The notes under the pieces are model-generated. The model was not told the DNA's origin, made no database searches, and saw only the letters and a list, made by a program, of their open reading frames with translations. From NCBI GenBank assembly GCA_038727095.1, contig JAVYWK010000002.1, positions 46,336-110,335 of the forward strand: a stretch of DNA of 64,000 nt, read 5' to 3'. Source of the DNA: Thermofilaceae archaeon. GTDB taxonomy: Archaea > Thermoproteota > Thermoprotei > Thermofilales > Thermofilaceae. The translations under genes and the position numbers were made by a program. This document shows, piece after piece, positions 1 through 9,560 of the stretch (positions within the stretch are counted from its first letter, which is position 1; each line of letters starts with the position of its first letter).

Positions 1-197
1 CCCTTAGGTACATCGATCTTGTACGGTAACGGCTCCAAGTGTTTTATGTTAACCCTCCTTCTCTTCACTCCGGTGAGTGTTTTAGGACCTGTTACCAAGA
101 CGAAATTATCGTCGATTATTTCTACTATGACGCACTTTCGACCAGCTTCTCTGCCGGCAATCTTCACGCACACTCTGCCAACGTCGAAGATCCTCAT
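1..197 (-). CDS. rpl14e: 50S ribosomal protein L14e (partial, runs off window start)
   Basis: Manual translation from ATG 197: [56 protein letters not shown], a typical L14e KOW sequence. Not in the ORF track. Confidence 0.95.
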   Translation of the reverse strand, partial: MRIFDVGRVCVKIAGREAGRKCVIVEIIDDNFVLVTGPKTLTGVKRRRVNIKHLEPLPYKIDVPK

Positions 198-468
198 AGC
201 GGTATGGGCTCCACCGCTACTGCTTAAAAATATGCTTTCACTAAAACCTCGATACGGATTCCTACTCGCTACTCCCCCGTACATTGTAGGGATAGCTACG
301 GTTCATCAGTTACCGCTTTAGCGTTTGGTAGAACCGGATGGACGTACTAACAGGGGGTAGTACGCTTAACCTACCAGTTGAAACGCAGTAGCATACAGGG
401 AGTGTAACGCCTGATAGTTGGTAGACATGTTCTTAAGCTCTAATTACCATTTTACCGGGAGGCCAGGC

Positions 469-1143
469 GTGAAGGAGCGTCGTCGAATGCTCGCTGAGTT
501 GCTGAAGCTTCAAGGTGTGATGAGAAGTGAGAAAGTGATGCAAGCCTTCCTGAAAGTACCCAGAGAGGAGTTCGTTCTTCCCGAATACAGGGATGAGGCT
601 TACGAAGACCACCCCCTGCCGATCCTGAAGGGGCAGACAATATCCGCACCTCACATGTGCGCTATAATGTGCGAAGCAGCAGAAATCGAAAGGGGGGACA
701 CAGTGCTTGAGATAGGCACTGGGAGCGGGTATCAAGCCGCTTTGTGCACTGAGATCGTCTCGCCTACCGGTGAGCCGGTAGACGGACTCGTTCTCACAGT
801 GGAGGTGATAGCGGAGCTAGCCCGTTTCGCTCGTGACAACTTGAAGCGGGCAAACTACTACGACCGCGTGCACCTCGTTGTAGCAGACGGCAGCTGCGGT
901 TCACCCGTGAGAGGGGATTTTCGGTTCAAGAGGATCCTTGTCACAGCCGCAGCTCCCAGCATTCCGCCACCCTTGCTAGAACAGCTGGATGAAAACGGCT
1001 CATTGGTCATCCCTGTAGGACCGCGATGGCACCAGCTTCTAGTAGCTGTAAGAAAAATGAGGGGGGAGTTTATCAGAGAGCCTGTCACTTACTGCATATT
1101 TGTTGCGCTGAGAGGGAAGTACGGTTACGATGATCGCAGTTGA
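469..1143 (+). CDS. pcm: Protein-L-isoaspartate O-methyltransferase
   Basis: VPREEF, GQTISAPHM, VLEIGTGSGYQAA, ILVTAAAP motifs. Start taken as GTG 469, about 30 nt after a TTAAG box. Confidence 0.93.
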   Translation: MKERRRMLAELLKLQGVMRSEKVMQAFLKVPREEFVLPEYRDEAYEDHPLPILKGQTISAPHMCAIMCEAAEIERGDTVLEIGTGSGYQAALCTEIVSPTGEPVDGLVLTVEVIAELARFARDNLKRANYYDRVHLVVADGSCGSPVRGDFRFKRILVTAAAPSIPPPLLEQLDENGSLVIPVGPRWHQLLVAVRKMRGEFIREPVTYCIFVALRGKYGYDDRS

Positions 1144-1609
1144 ATGCATCAGAGCTCGGGGTCACCCCCTCGTACAAGCTACTCACAGGTCTACACTTGA
1201 AATCACATGTGATCCGGAGCTGACGAAAGGGGGTGACTGTATAATCGCGGTTAACGCCGACAAGGGAGCCAAGCACCTATCCCCCCTTTTTAAAAGGTTG
1301 GCAGCTGACGATGCAACACGCATCGTAATTGTCTTGGTTTGCAACGGGCTTGTCGAAGTCATTAGAGCGTGGGGGCACTCTGGCTTAACGTTTGAAAGCC
1401 CAAACTCGCTGGTGGTCAGGCGCAGTTCGTTCATTGACGGACGTACAGTAGCTGTGAAAAGCGATAAAGCGGCCATCAACATGGATCGGCGCATGATAGC
1501 TCTGCTCCAGCGCTCAGCTGAGCTCAAGGCGTACCTTTTCGCGTGCAGCAAGGATGAAAATACGGTAGAGTCTAAGATCCTGGAACTATTTAAAAGCGCG
1601 CACGCGTGA
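1130..1609 (+). CDS. DUF371 family protein
   Basis: ARGHPLVQATHRSTLEIT, GDCII, VVRRSSFIDGRT..SDKAA archaeal DUF371 pattern. Confidence 0.85.
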   Translation: MIAVECIRARGHPLVQATHRSTLEITCDPELTKGGDCIIAVNADKGAKHLSPLFKRLAADDATRIVIVLVCNGLVEVIRAWGHSGLTFESPNSLVVRRSSFIDGRTVAVKSDKAAINMDRRMIALLQRSAELKAYLFACSKDENTVESKILELFKSAHA

Positions 1610-2178
1610 ATCCTTCCATGCGTAAGGTGAACGTGCTCGTTACCGGTCGCCCTGGTATAGGTAAAACCACGCTCGTAATGAGGGTTGTCGAAGAAATAAG
1701 GAACCACGGTTTTAAGGTGGGAGGTTTTATCTCACGCGAGGAAAGGGCCGGTGGAAGCCGCATAGGGTTTATACTGATCGATTTGGCGACGGGAGAGCAG
1801 GCGTACCTGGCGCGCGTGGGTACAGGGGCTCCCCGCATCGGCAAGTATGTTGTTTTGGTCGATAACCTCGAGCGGCTTGGCGTTAAGGCTGTCATCGAGG
1901 CCATTGGTTCGGCCGATCTAGTCGTCATCGATGAAATAGGCCCGATGGAGCTGCTCTCGCAAGCTTTTAAGAGAGCTGTGGTGCAAGCCCTCGATTCTCC
2001 AAAGCCGGTTCTGGCTACAGTACACTATAGGGCGAGAGATGATCCCTTCGGTAGAGCGCTACTGTCGCGGGATGATTACCATATGTTTACGGTGACCGAG
2101 AACAATCGCGAGAGCCTTTACCTCCAAGTGGCTAAGCTAATAAATGCCTCTTTGAGGAACGGGCTTCATTCGTTTTAA
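1606..2178 (+). CDS. THEP1-type nucleoside triphosphatase (NTPase_1)
   Basis: VTGRPGIGKTT Walker A, GGF, IGKY, VIDEIGPMEL. Confidence 0.92.
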   Translation: MNPSMRKVNVLVTGRPGIGKTTLVMRVVEEIRNHGFKVGGFISREERAGGSRIGFILIDLATGEQAYLARVGTGAPRIGKYVVLVDNLERLGVKAVIEAIGSADLVVIDEIGPMELLSQAFKRAVVQALDSPKPVLATVHYRARDDPFGRALLSRDDYHMFTVTENNRESLYLQVAKLINASLRNGLHSF

Positions 2179-2353
2179 CCTGTCTCAGACGATCTAGGAT
2201 GACAAACTAGCTTAGGAAGCTGAAAACGTTTAAACTCTGCTAAAACGTGCCACGGATTTAAGTCCCGCCCCCAGGCTAAGCGGCAATTCATACTGAAGTG
2301 CTCTTCGCGCGCTGAAGAACAGCCCTTAAATCTCGAAAGTGCATTAAGCGCCT

Positions 2354-3832
2354 GTGCGGCCTATCTTCGATAAGATCCTGGTAGCAAATAGGGGGGAGAT
2401 CGCAGTGAGAATTATTAGAACTGCGAAAACTCTTGGGATCAAGACAGTAGCTGTTTATTCCGACGCTGATAAGAATGCCCTTCACACGCTTATCGCAGAT
2501 GAGGCTGTATGGGTGGGGGGAGCCGATCCCCCTGAGAGCTACCTCAACATCGAGGCTATAATCAACGCTGCTAAAAGCACGGGGGCAGAGGCCGTCCACC
2601 CGGGCTACGGTTTTCTCTCCCAACACACCGATTTCGTTGGAAGGCTGGAAGAAGAAGGTATTACTTTCATAGGGCCTCCCGCCAGAGTACAGAAGCTCGT
2701 TGGTGACAAACTGGGGGCTAGGAGATTCTTCCAGTCAGCGGGGATCCCCGTCGTTCCTGGAACTTTCGAGCCGGTCGATCTACGTGATGCACCCAGTATT
2801 GCGGAGGAAATGGGCTTTCCGGTAATCGTGAAACCGGCTGGAGGGGGAGGGGGGATTGGAATGCGCGTAGTATGGAATGAGCATGAGTTGAACATGGCTA
2901 TGCGGGATGCCAGCGAGCTAGCAGGTAAAGCGTTCGGCCGCGTTGAGGTATACCTAGAGAAGTACCTGCCTAAAGCAAGGCATATTGAGGTACAAATAAT
3001 AGGCGATGGACTAGGAGGCGTTTACCACCTTTTCGAGCGAGAATGCTCGGTTCAGAGGAGGTTTCAAAAAGTTGTTGAGGAAGCTCCCTCCCCCGCTTTA
3101 ACGTGGGAATTAAGGCAGCAATTGCTTTCCACGGCGATTAAAGCCGCAAAAGCGTGCGAGTACGTCAACGCCGGCACCTTCGAATTCCTCTTCGACCCCG
3201 AGAGCAAACACTTCTACCTGCTAGAGGTTAACTCGAGGATTCAGGTTGAACATCCGGTAACGGAGATGATCACAGGCATCGATATCGTTAGGGAGCAGAT
3301 ATTGGTGGCGGGGGGCGAGGGTGTAAGCTTCAAACAGGAGGACATTGCCATTCGGGGGCACTCAATTGAGGCGCGAGTTTACGCTGAGGACCCCTTGAAT
3401 AACTTCGCTCCCTCACCCGGGCGGTTAACCAATTATAGAGAGCCCTCTGGGCCGTGTATAAGAGTGGATAGCGGGTACTACCTTGGATGCGAGGTCCCAC
3501 CGTTTTACGACCCCCTACTGATGAAAATAGTTAGCTGGGGTACCAGTAGGGAAGAGGCTAGGAGAAGGCTGATAGTAGCAATTGAGGAAACGATTATTAG
3601 GGGGGTTGCTACGAACTTAAGCTTACTCCACCTGATACTAAACGACGAGGCGTTCGTAAAAGGGGACTACAACACCAGGTTTTTCGAAGAGAGGAAGATC
3701 TCAAAAAATCTTGAAAACTACGTCATGAGGGGGGCGCGTTTCCCCGAGCCTGAGGAGCCTGTTGAAGCTCGCGTGCCTCAGGCTAAAGTTGAGGTGGACG
3801 CGTGGAAGCTCGCATCGCGTATAGGAGAATGA
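2354..3832 (+). CDS. accC: Biotin carboxylase subunit of an acyl-CoA/pyruvate carboxylase
   Basis: KILVANRGEIAVR, HPGYGFLS, GGGGIGM, RECSVQRRFQK, EVNSRIQVEHPVTE. Confidence 0.92.
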   Translation: MRPIFDKILVANRGEIAVRIIRTAKTLGIKTVAVYSDADKNALHTLIADEAVWVGGADPPESYLNIEAIINAAKSTGAEAVHPGYGFLSQHTDFVGRLEEEGITFIGPPARVQKLVGDKLGARRFFQSAGIPVVPGTFEPVDLRDAPSIAEEMGFPVIVKPAGGGGGIGMRVVWNEHELNMAMRDASELAGKAFGRVEVYLEKYLPKARHIEVQIIGDGLGGVYHLFERECSVQRRFQKVVEEAPSPALTWELRQQLLSTAIKAAKACEYVNAGTFEFLFDPESKHFYLLEVNSRIQVEHPVTEMITGIDIVREQILVAGGEGVSFKQEDIAIRGHSIEARVYAEDPLNNFAPSPGRLTNYREPSGPCIRVDSGYYLGCEVPPFYDPLLMKIVSWGTSREEARRRLIVAIEETIIRGVATNLSLLHLILNDEAFVKGDYNTRFFEERKISKNLENYVMRGARFPEPEEPVEARVPQAKVEVDAWKLASRIGE

Positions 3833-4416
3833 CTCACCTATTCGATAAGGGGAGAACGCGTGCTCTACGTAGCCTTCTACGCTCGATCGAACTAGGGTTG
3901 GTCGATCCAGATGCCATCCCACTTCTGTCCTTGTTAAACAGCCTGGCTGATTACTACACTACGAGTAGCTGTAGTGGTCGAATACAGCTAGCGGCTACAC
4001 GCTTGCCTGGCGAGAAATTCCGTATGTTGGTGATCGCCAAGTGGCATGAACCCGTGTCACCAAGCGCGCTGGTAGAAGTTCTCAAAGCTTGCCGTTACGA
4101 GGACTTGTGGCTCTCCGTGCAGGGGCCAATACTTCACGTCGCGTGCAGAGGCCTCGATGCCGCCCGACTTTTAATCGCAGCTGCTCGTGCAGCCGGTTTG
4201 AAGCACAGCGGAATCATGTCGATAGAGGGCAGCGTAATGGTTGAGCTAATAGCGTCCGACAGAATCGAGGCCCCGCTGAGATTGGGGGGCAAGCCGGTTC
4301 TGAGGGATGAAGCTCTGATAGACTTCGTTGAGCGTGCCAATGAGGTATTGTTGAGAGCTAAGGGAAAGCTGTCCCGATTGAAGGAAGCGCTCGAACCTCT
4401 ACGAAGAAATAAATAA
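3829..4416 (+). CDS. taw3: tRNA(Phe) wyosine-derivative methyltransferase Taw3/Tyw3
   Basis: YYTTSSCSGRI, KWH, ILHVAC, GLKHSGI; ATGA overlap with the upstream stop. Confidence 0.9.
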   Translation: MTHLFDKGRTRALRSLLRSIELGLVDPDAIPLLSLLNSLADYYTTSSCSGRIQLAATRLPGEKFRMLVIAKWHEPVSPSALVEVLKACRYEDLWLSVQGPILHVACRGLDAARLLIAAARAAGLKHSGIMSIEGSVMVELIASDRIEAPLRLGGKPVLRDEALIDFVERANEVLLRAKGKLSRLKEALEPLRRNK

Positions 4417-4440
4417 AAAGCGGATCTCAGGTTACCCATC

Positions 4441-4644
4441 GTGATAATTCCCATCCGATGCTTCACTTGCGGAGCGCTGATAGCCGACAAGTGGAATAAA
4501 TTCGCTGAAAGAGTGGCAAGGGGGGATGATCCTGCGAAGGTTCTTGACGAGTTAGGGGTAAAGCGCTACTGTTGCAGGAGGATGTTTCTCTCACACGTGG
4601 ATCTAATAGACACTGTACTCAAGTACGAACAGTACTCTCCCTAG
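4441..4644 (+). CDS. rpoN: RNA polymerase subunit N (Rpo10)
   Basis: [11 protein letters not shown] ... [13 protein letters not shown]. Confidence 0.97.
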   Translation: MIIPIRCFTCGALIADKWNKFAERVARGDDPAKVLDELGVKRYCCRRMFLSHVDLIDTVLKYEQYSP

Positions 4645-4645
4645 C

Positions 4646-5050
4646 TTAACGGTAGCTCTTCTGGCGCTTAGCTCTCGCCGATCTACCGCCGGGCTTTTTG
4701 GGCTCAGCTTGCCTGGGATCCTCAACGAGCAGGTGCCTATCGTACTTGCGGTACAGCTCCCTGAGGGCATCAGACCCCGCCCACTCCATGAGTGCTCTAG
4801 CGATAGCTGTGCGGATTGCCGAAGCCTGCCCCATTATACCTCCGCCATAAGCTTCGGCGTACACGTCAACCTTGCTCACTAAGTCCTCCCCCGCCAGATA
4901 CAGTGGCTCACTTATCTTTAGTCGAACGAGCTCTGGTTCGAGGACTTCTAGTGGAACTCCATTGACGAAGACGCGGCCCTTACCTTCCTTCACAACTACT
5001 CGCGCTCGAGCCGTCTTCCTCCTAGCGGAAGCGATTACTATCCTCACCAT
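4646..5050 (-). CDS. rps9: 30S ribosomal protein S9
   Basis: RKTARARV, GGGIMGQA, C-terminal QKSYR. Confidence 0.97.
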   Translation of the reverse strand: MVRIVIASARRKTARARVVVKEGKGRVFVNGVPLEVLEPELVRLKISEPLYLAGEDLVSKVDVYAEAYGGGIMGQASAIRTAIARALMEWAGSDALRELYRKYDRHLLVEDPRQAEPKKPGGRSARAKRQKSYR

Positions 5051-5499
5051 ACCTCACACCCTATTAACGTGGAGAGCTCGCCCAATGTCACGTACTCCGT
5101 CTCAGGGTTCTTCAGCTCTGCCTCCTCTGGAACCCACTTTTCAAGGCTCTCGTACTCTGATGGTACCCCTAGGTAAACCTTCAGGCGCTTGAGAGCTTCT
5201 CGCCCTCTAGGCTTCTTGTAGGGGAGCATGTTTCGCACCATGCGTCGAAGCATGGCGTCGGGTCGTCGTGGGATCTTAGGACCCTTCCTCTCGGGGTTGT
5301 AGTGAGTCCTCCACTCGCTAATCCTCTTCATGTACCATTCAACCACTCTCTTCCTCTTCCCCGTCACGATGGCCTTTTCTGCATTCACTATGACTACGGC
5401 ATGACCCTTTAGCAGCAGTTTAGCCGTAATACTGGCAAGTCTTCCTGCGACTAGCCCGGACGCATCAATTACTATTCTCGAACGCTTTTCAAGCTCCAT
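5044..5499 (-). CDS. rpl13: 50S ribosomal protein L13
   Basis: IDASGLVAGRLAS, VNAEKAIVTG, RNMLPYK. Confidence 0.96.
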   Translation of the reverse strand: MELEKRSRIVIDASGLVAGRLASITAKLLLKGHAVVIVNAEKAIVTGKRKRVVEWYMKRISEWRTHYNPERKGPKIPRRPDAMLRRMVRNMLPYKKPRGREALKRLKVYLGVPSEYESLEKWVPEEAELKNPETEYVTLGELSTLIGCEVW

Positions 5500-5537
5500 C
5501 TTGTAACCCTCGCACCCTGCTGATCAAGGTTTTTAAA

Positions 5538-5900
5538 TCATACTAGAATGCGTACTCCACTACCCCGTGGGTTGCGCTCAATGAGCTGGGGGATTGTTAT
5601 TACTTCACCACCTGCAGCCACTATCTTCTCACGAGCTTTTTCACTAGAGGTGTAAGCCGCAACTACAACGCGATGGTTCAGCGTACCGCAACCAAGAACT
5701 TTACCAGGAATAACAACAGTGTCACCATCCCTTGTGTAGCGGTTTATCTTACTGATGTTGACGGCTGGTCGGGTCCGCGCTGGTCTCTCCAGTAGCTCAG
5801 CGACCCTCCGCCATACGGGTGCCTTGTTCTCTCGAGCCTTCTTCCTCAGATGGTGTATCAACCTTCTGAGATGCACGTTAGTTGAAACCGTTCTCTTCAT
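5538..5900 (-). CDS. rpl18e: 50S ribosomal protein L18e
   Basis: VNISKINRY, VVIPGKVLGCG, NPRGSGVRI. Confidence 0.96.
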   Translation of the reverse strand: MKRTVSTNVHLRRLIHHLRKKARENKAPVWRRVAELLERPARTRPAVNISKINRYTRDGDTVVIPGKVLGCGTLNHRVVVAAYTSSEKAREKIVAAGGEVITIPQLIERNPRGSGVRILV

Positions 5901-6163
5901 TGCACACCCCCGTTTCGCACCACCTCCATTACACTTCTTTTAAGCCTGCTGCTCGATTAGATGTGCCTCGAGTATCTAGGCCTGCAAAGATCGCGTAGGA
6001 GATAGATGTTCATCCCTGCGATAAACGCTTGCTGCATATTGGCAAACTTTGAAATTTAACAATGCTAAGAATTCTTATCTAATATCGAAGATACTGAGTT
6101 GTACTTTTATGCAGCACAGTTTTACTCAAACTCTATGTAAGATCTACGAATTTCTAATATTTT

Positions 6164-7021
6164 TTATATTTCAGAAATGAGAAGTTTTTGTATTTCATTT
6201 ATAAAATTATCTATTTTCCAGACAATCCTTCTCATTGCTACATCTATAATTTTAGAAATAGGAAGAATACCATAGTTTTCTACTTTAAATATAAACTTCG
6301 TGTTGTCCCACGAAACCCTTATCACTTCGGGGCAAGCTTCTTCGCAAGCTCTACACATCGTACATTCCTCGATCTTACTATCGATAGCCTTGATTTTTCC
6401 GTTGTCTATACTTAAGATGCCTTTAGGACAAGCTTCCGCGCATTTTTTGCAGTTCGCTCCACATTCTTCTTCCAGTATAGTCAATCTCGGGTAGTACTTG
6501 TAGGCTGCTGTTACAGCCTGCCATTTAGCATGCTCGTTCCCTGTACCCATCTTCGCGTAAGCTTCGAGAACAACCTTCTGGCCTGGGGTTAGCTTTACGA
6601 TTGGTATTAAGTCTGAAACTGGCTTCACTTCTGCACTAACAAAAGATGCCATTTCACCGATGAACCCGCCGAACTTCATGTGCCCTGAGTAGACAGTCAT
6701 CGGTTTTTCAGCTTCGACTTCTAGTACAAAAGAAGCTATACAGTTATCTCTCTTGCCCTCTTCGTAGCATTGCAATAGAGTCTCGTAAGTATCAATATCT
6801 ACTTTCAACGGTATTAGCGCTAAACGATGGGCTAGGATTTCATCGAAGAGAACGGAATTATTCTCAATAATTACTACTTCATCTATGGCTAAGGTAGGTA
6901 CGTCAGCTATCAACACTCTCCTTAGGGTGTTTGCTATGGCTGGGGTAACGTTCTCGAGTACGAACTCGCAGTAGTTCTCCTCGATTTTCTTTGCAGTTAT
7001 GCGAGGACCCTCACTTGGCAA
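6164..7021 (-). CDS. rpoD: RNA polymerase subunit D (Rpo3) with ferredoxin-like Fe-S insert
   Basis: ANTLRRVLIADVP, NNSVLFDEILAHRLALIP, EHAKWQ; insert CxxxCxxCxxxCP ... CxxCxxCxxxCP. Confidence 0.96.
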   Translation of the reverse strand: MPSEGPRITAKKIEENYCEFVLENVTPAIANTLRRVLIADVPTLAIDEVVIIENNSVLFDEILAHRLALIPLKVDIDTYETLLQCYEEGKRDNCIASFVLEVEAEKPMTVYSGHMKFGGFIGEMASFVSAEVKPVSDLIPIVKLTPGQKVVLEAYAKMGTGNEHAKWQAVTAAYKYYPRLTILEEECGANCKKCAEACPKGILSIDNGKIKAIDSKIEECTMCRACEEACPEVIRVSWDNTKFIFKVENYGILPISKIIDVAMRRIVWKIDNFINEIQKLLISEI

Positions 7022-7030
7022 GGTGAACCC

Positions 7031-7474
7031 CTACCGTGTCGGCTTCTGCTTTCTACCCCTTAGGAGCTCCTTGAGAGCAACCCTGTTAACCTTGATCACT
7101 TTGAAACGGACGCCCGGTAGGTCGCCGTAGGCTTTACCTTCCGGCCCCCCTATACGCTCTATCACGACCTCGTCGTGCTCGTTTATGAACAGTAGCCCGC
7201 CGTCGCCAGGTACAAAGGCTGTCACTACTTTCCCGTTTTTAATAAGCTGAACCCTTACACACTTGCGCACAGCGCTGTTAGGCTGCCTGCTCTCTACACC
7301 GACCTTTTCGAGCACAATACCTCTAGCCATCGGTGCTCCCTCGAGGGGGTCGTACTCTTCTTTAAGACGTAGTATTCTGCTCTTATACTCTGCATCACTC
7401 CACCTATACTTCTTGTGCTTTTTGATCAGCTTTCTAGCCGCATACAGCCCCTTCGGAGACTTTGAACCGGGCAT
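7031..7474 (-). CDS. rps12: 30S ribosomal protein S12
   Basis: [25 protein letters not shown]. Confidence 0.97.
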   Translation of the reverse strand: MPGSKSPKGLYAARKLIKKHKKYRWSDAEYKSRILRLKEEYDPLEGAPMARGIVLEKVGVESRQPNSAVRKCVRVQLIKNGKVVTAFVPGDGGLLFINEHDEVVIERIGGPEGKAYGDLPGVRFKVIKVNRVALKELLRGRKQKPTR

Positions 7475-7508
7475 GCTGAGTGCGCACCCCCTTCTAGTTT
7501 TTAAGCTT

Positions 7509-7940
7509 TTACTTTAACGCGACATCAACCCCGAAGTATCTTCGTGCGAGCAACTTCGCTTTTTTAACGTTCTTCCCTCCTTTCCCGATCGCCAACCCTT
7601 TCTGCTCTGCTGGAACTTCTACGATAGCCACTTTACCCCCGTTGCTATTCTCCCTCATTTCAATAGACAGAACCTTAGCTGGAAAGAGGGCAGCCCGTAT
7701 CAGGTCATCCAGAGTCAGTCCTTGCTCTACCACCTCTACGTCTTTCCCTATTAGTTTCTTCATTAGCTTGGTATTCGCTCCCCCCACGCCTATCGCTTTA
7801 CCGGCCATACCGCGCCTGACAATAAAGATTAGGCGATTGTTTTCCTCGTCGTTAATGCAGTCTAGAACTTCCACCTGCGTGAGCGCCTCAAAGAGGGAGA
7901 TGTATTGCATCTCTTTTTCAGTCAGCTTAATATTCGCCAT
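7509..7940 (-). CDS. nusA: Archaeal NusA-like KH protein
   Basis: Two KH motifs ([16 protein letters not shown]); conserved position between L30e and S12. Confidence 0.94.
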   Translation of the reverse strand: MANIKLTEKEMQYISLFEALTQVEVLDCINDEENNRLIFIVRRGMAGKAIGVGGANTKLMKKLIGKDVEVVEQGLTLDDLIRAALFPAKVLSIEMRENSNGGKVAIVEVPAEQKGLAIGKGGKNVKKAKLLARRYFGVDVALK

Positions 7941-7954
7941 AGGCTACGCCTCAC

Positions 7955-8254
7955 TCAACCTTTTACGGCATCGAGTATGTTGCTCTCACCCGGATCTAAG
8001 ATGGCCATAGCGGCAACAATGAAAGGCTTGTTACAGACTGCGCCTAAGTCCCATGATGTGCCTGGGAATTCGTAAAGAGGTGTTCCACTCAGTTTGCAGT
8101 ATTTCTCCACATCCCTCCTGATTCGCCCTGGCGTATTGGAGGCAACTATAACCAGTTTCGCTCTCCCGTTAGTAATGGCTGAGAGCGTCTCCTTCGACCC
8201 AATTACTACCTTCCCCGTCCTCAACGCCGTCTGTATCTCTCTTACAATGTCCAT
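7955..8254 (-). CDS. rpl30e: 50S ribosomal protein L30e
   Basis: TGKVVIGSKET, LGAVCNKPF, DPGESNIL. Confidence 0.96.
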   Translation of the reverse strand: MDIVREIQTALRTGKVVIGSKETLSAITNGRAKLVIVASNTPGRIRRDVEKYCKLSGTPLYEFPGTSWDLGAVCNKPFIVAAMAILDPGESNILDAVKG

Positions 8255-8329
8255 AGCATCACCATCCTAGAGCATTGGTAATCAATTCCTGGCATCTCCT
8301 TGGGGGCTACCCGGACTCGACCTATAAAG

Positions 8330-9559
8330 TTAGCGTGAAAGCTCTTGCTCTCCTGTTTCACTAACACTGCTCTCCCTACCGGATAGCGGGTACTGCATGA
8401 GCAGTTTGACGAGACCCGTGCCCAGCGGTACAACGCGCGATCCGATTATTACATTTTCGATAACACCCCTCAGCTCATCGAGCTCGCCCCGAGCTGCAGA
8501 GTCTATAAGGTGCTTTACGGTTACCTCGAAAGCCGCTCTAGCTAACACGCCTGGCTTCTCGCCCGCAACACCGTGCCTGCCCACTTGTCTGACACGCCCG
8601 TTGAACGTCATCGCGTCGGCAACGAGCATGATGTGGCGTACGTCAACGTCGAGCCCCTGCTCGTCCAGGACCTTCTTCATCTCTCTAATCATCATTGTCC
8701 TTGCAGCTTCTATCCCCAGAACTTCAGCAATTTCGTGAATGTTGTTGCTTATTGTTCGCCTATAGTCAACACCCTCTATACTGAGTGCGGCGACCAAATT
8801 CGACCCTTCAGTTATGATCTTATATTCTCCCAGCTTCTCGTCGTAACGCACAACCGCTCTCTTAATACCCTTTACGCCCTTTACTCTCTGTGTCCTTACT
8901 TTATCGTATAACTTTCTCAGTTTTGTTACATCATCCAAACCGGTCCTGAAAATTATTGTGTATCTTTCCTGCTCCACGCTTCCTTTCTTCCCCTTGATTC
9001 TGTTTAGGGCTTTCACGATATCGCGAGGCTCTATCCCTCGATTCTCCAGCACCTCGGGGTCTAACTCGATAACTATCGAATAATCGATGTAATCGATCGT
9101 TATCGCTTTAGCTACATTTTCTATTGTTGTGAGCTCAAGTTCACTGGCGATCTCTAGAGCCCTATCCCTACTTTTTGCATTCTCGCCTTCGAGGTATACT
9201 TCCATGATGGGTGTTGAGACTGTCTTCCTCGCATCGACGATTTCTATTAGACGGGGCAGACCCAGTGTTACGTTGAGCTCCCTGACTCCAGCGAAGTGGA
9301 ATGTTCTCAAGGTCATTTGCGTGCTGGGTTCGCCAATGGACTGCGCTGCGACCATTCCTACAGCTTCTCCTGGCTCAGCAAGGCTCTTGGTGTATTCGTG
9401 AACCACTCGATCAATCACTTTCCTCGCCTCATCCTCCGTCAAGCCCGCAGCTACCACCCCCCTCACAACATCTTCTACTAGGCTCTGAGGAAGTATGTGA
9501 GCATAGGGCTCTAAAAGTGCTCTAACTTCCTGTACGCTTACACGCGCCTCCGTTGCCAC
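8330..9559 (-). CDS. rpoA2: RNA polymerase subunit A'' (Rpo1C)
   Basis: AAQSIGEPSTQMTLRTFH, LGIEAAR, RAAFEVT; start taken as GTG 9559 after a GGTGG SD. Confidence 0.97.
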   Translation of the reverse strand: MATEARVSVQEVRALLEPYAHILPQSLVEDVVRGVVAAGLTEDEARKVIDRVVHEYTKSLAEPGEAVGMVAAQSIGEPSTQMTLRTFHFAGVRELNVTLGLPRLIEIVDARKTVSTPIMEVYLEGENAKSRDRALEIASELELTTIENVAKAITIDYIDYSIVIELDPEVLENRGIEPRDIVKALNRIKGKKGSVEQERYTIIFRTGLDDVTKLRKLYDKVRTQRVKGVKGIKRAVVRYDEKLGEYKIITEGSNLVAALSIEGVDYRRTISNNIHEIAEVLGIEAARTMMIREMKKVLDEQGLDVDVRHIMLVADAMTFNGRVRQVGRHGVAGEKPGVLARAAFEVTVKHLIDSAARGELDELRGVIENVIIGSRVVPLGTGLVKLLMQYPLSGRESSVSETGEQELSR

Positions 9560-9560
9560 A

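Noticed and set aside
19-321. Plus-strand ORFs of 100 and 62 aa
   Set aside because: Antisense shadows of rpl14e.
376-384. GTTGAAAC, resembling a CRISPR repeat end
   Set aside because: Single occurrence with no repeat-spacer periodicity and no cas genes.
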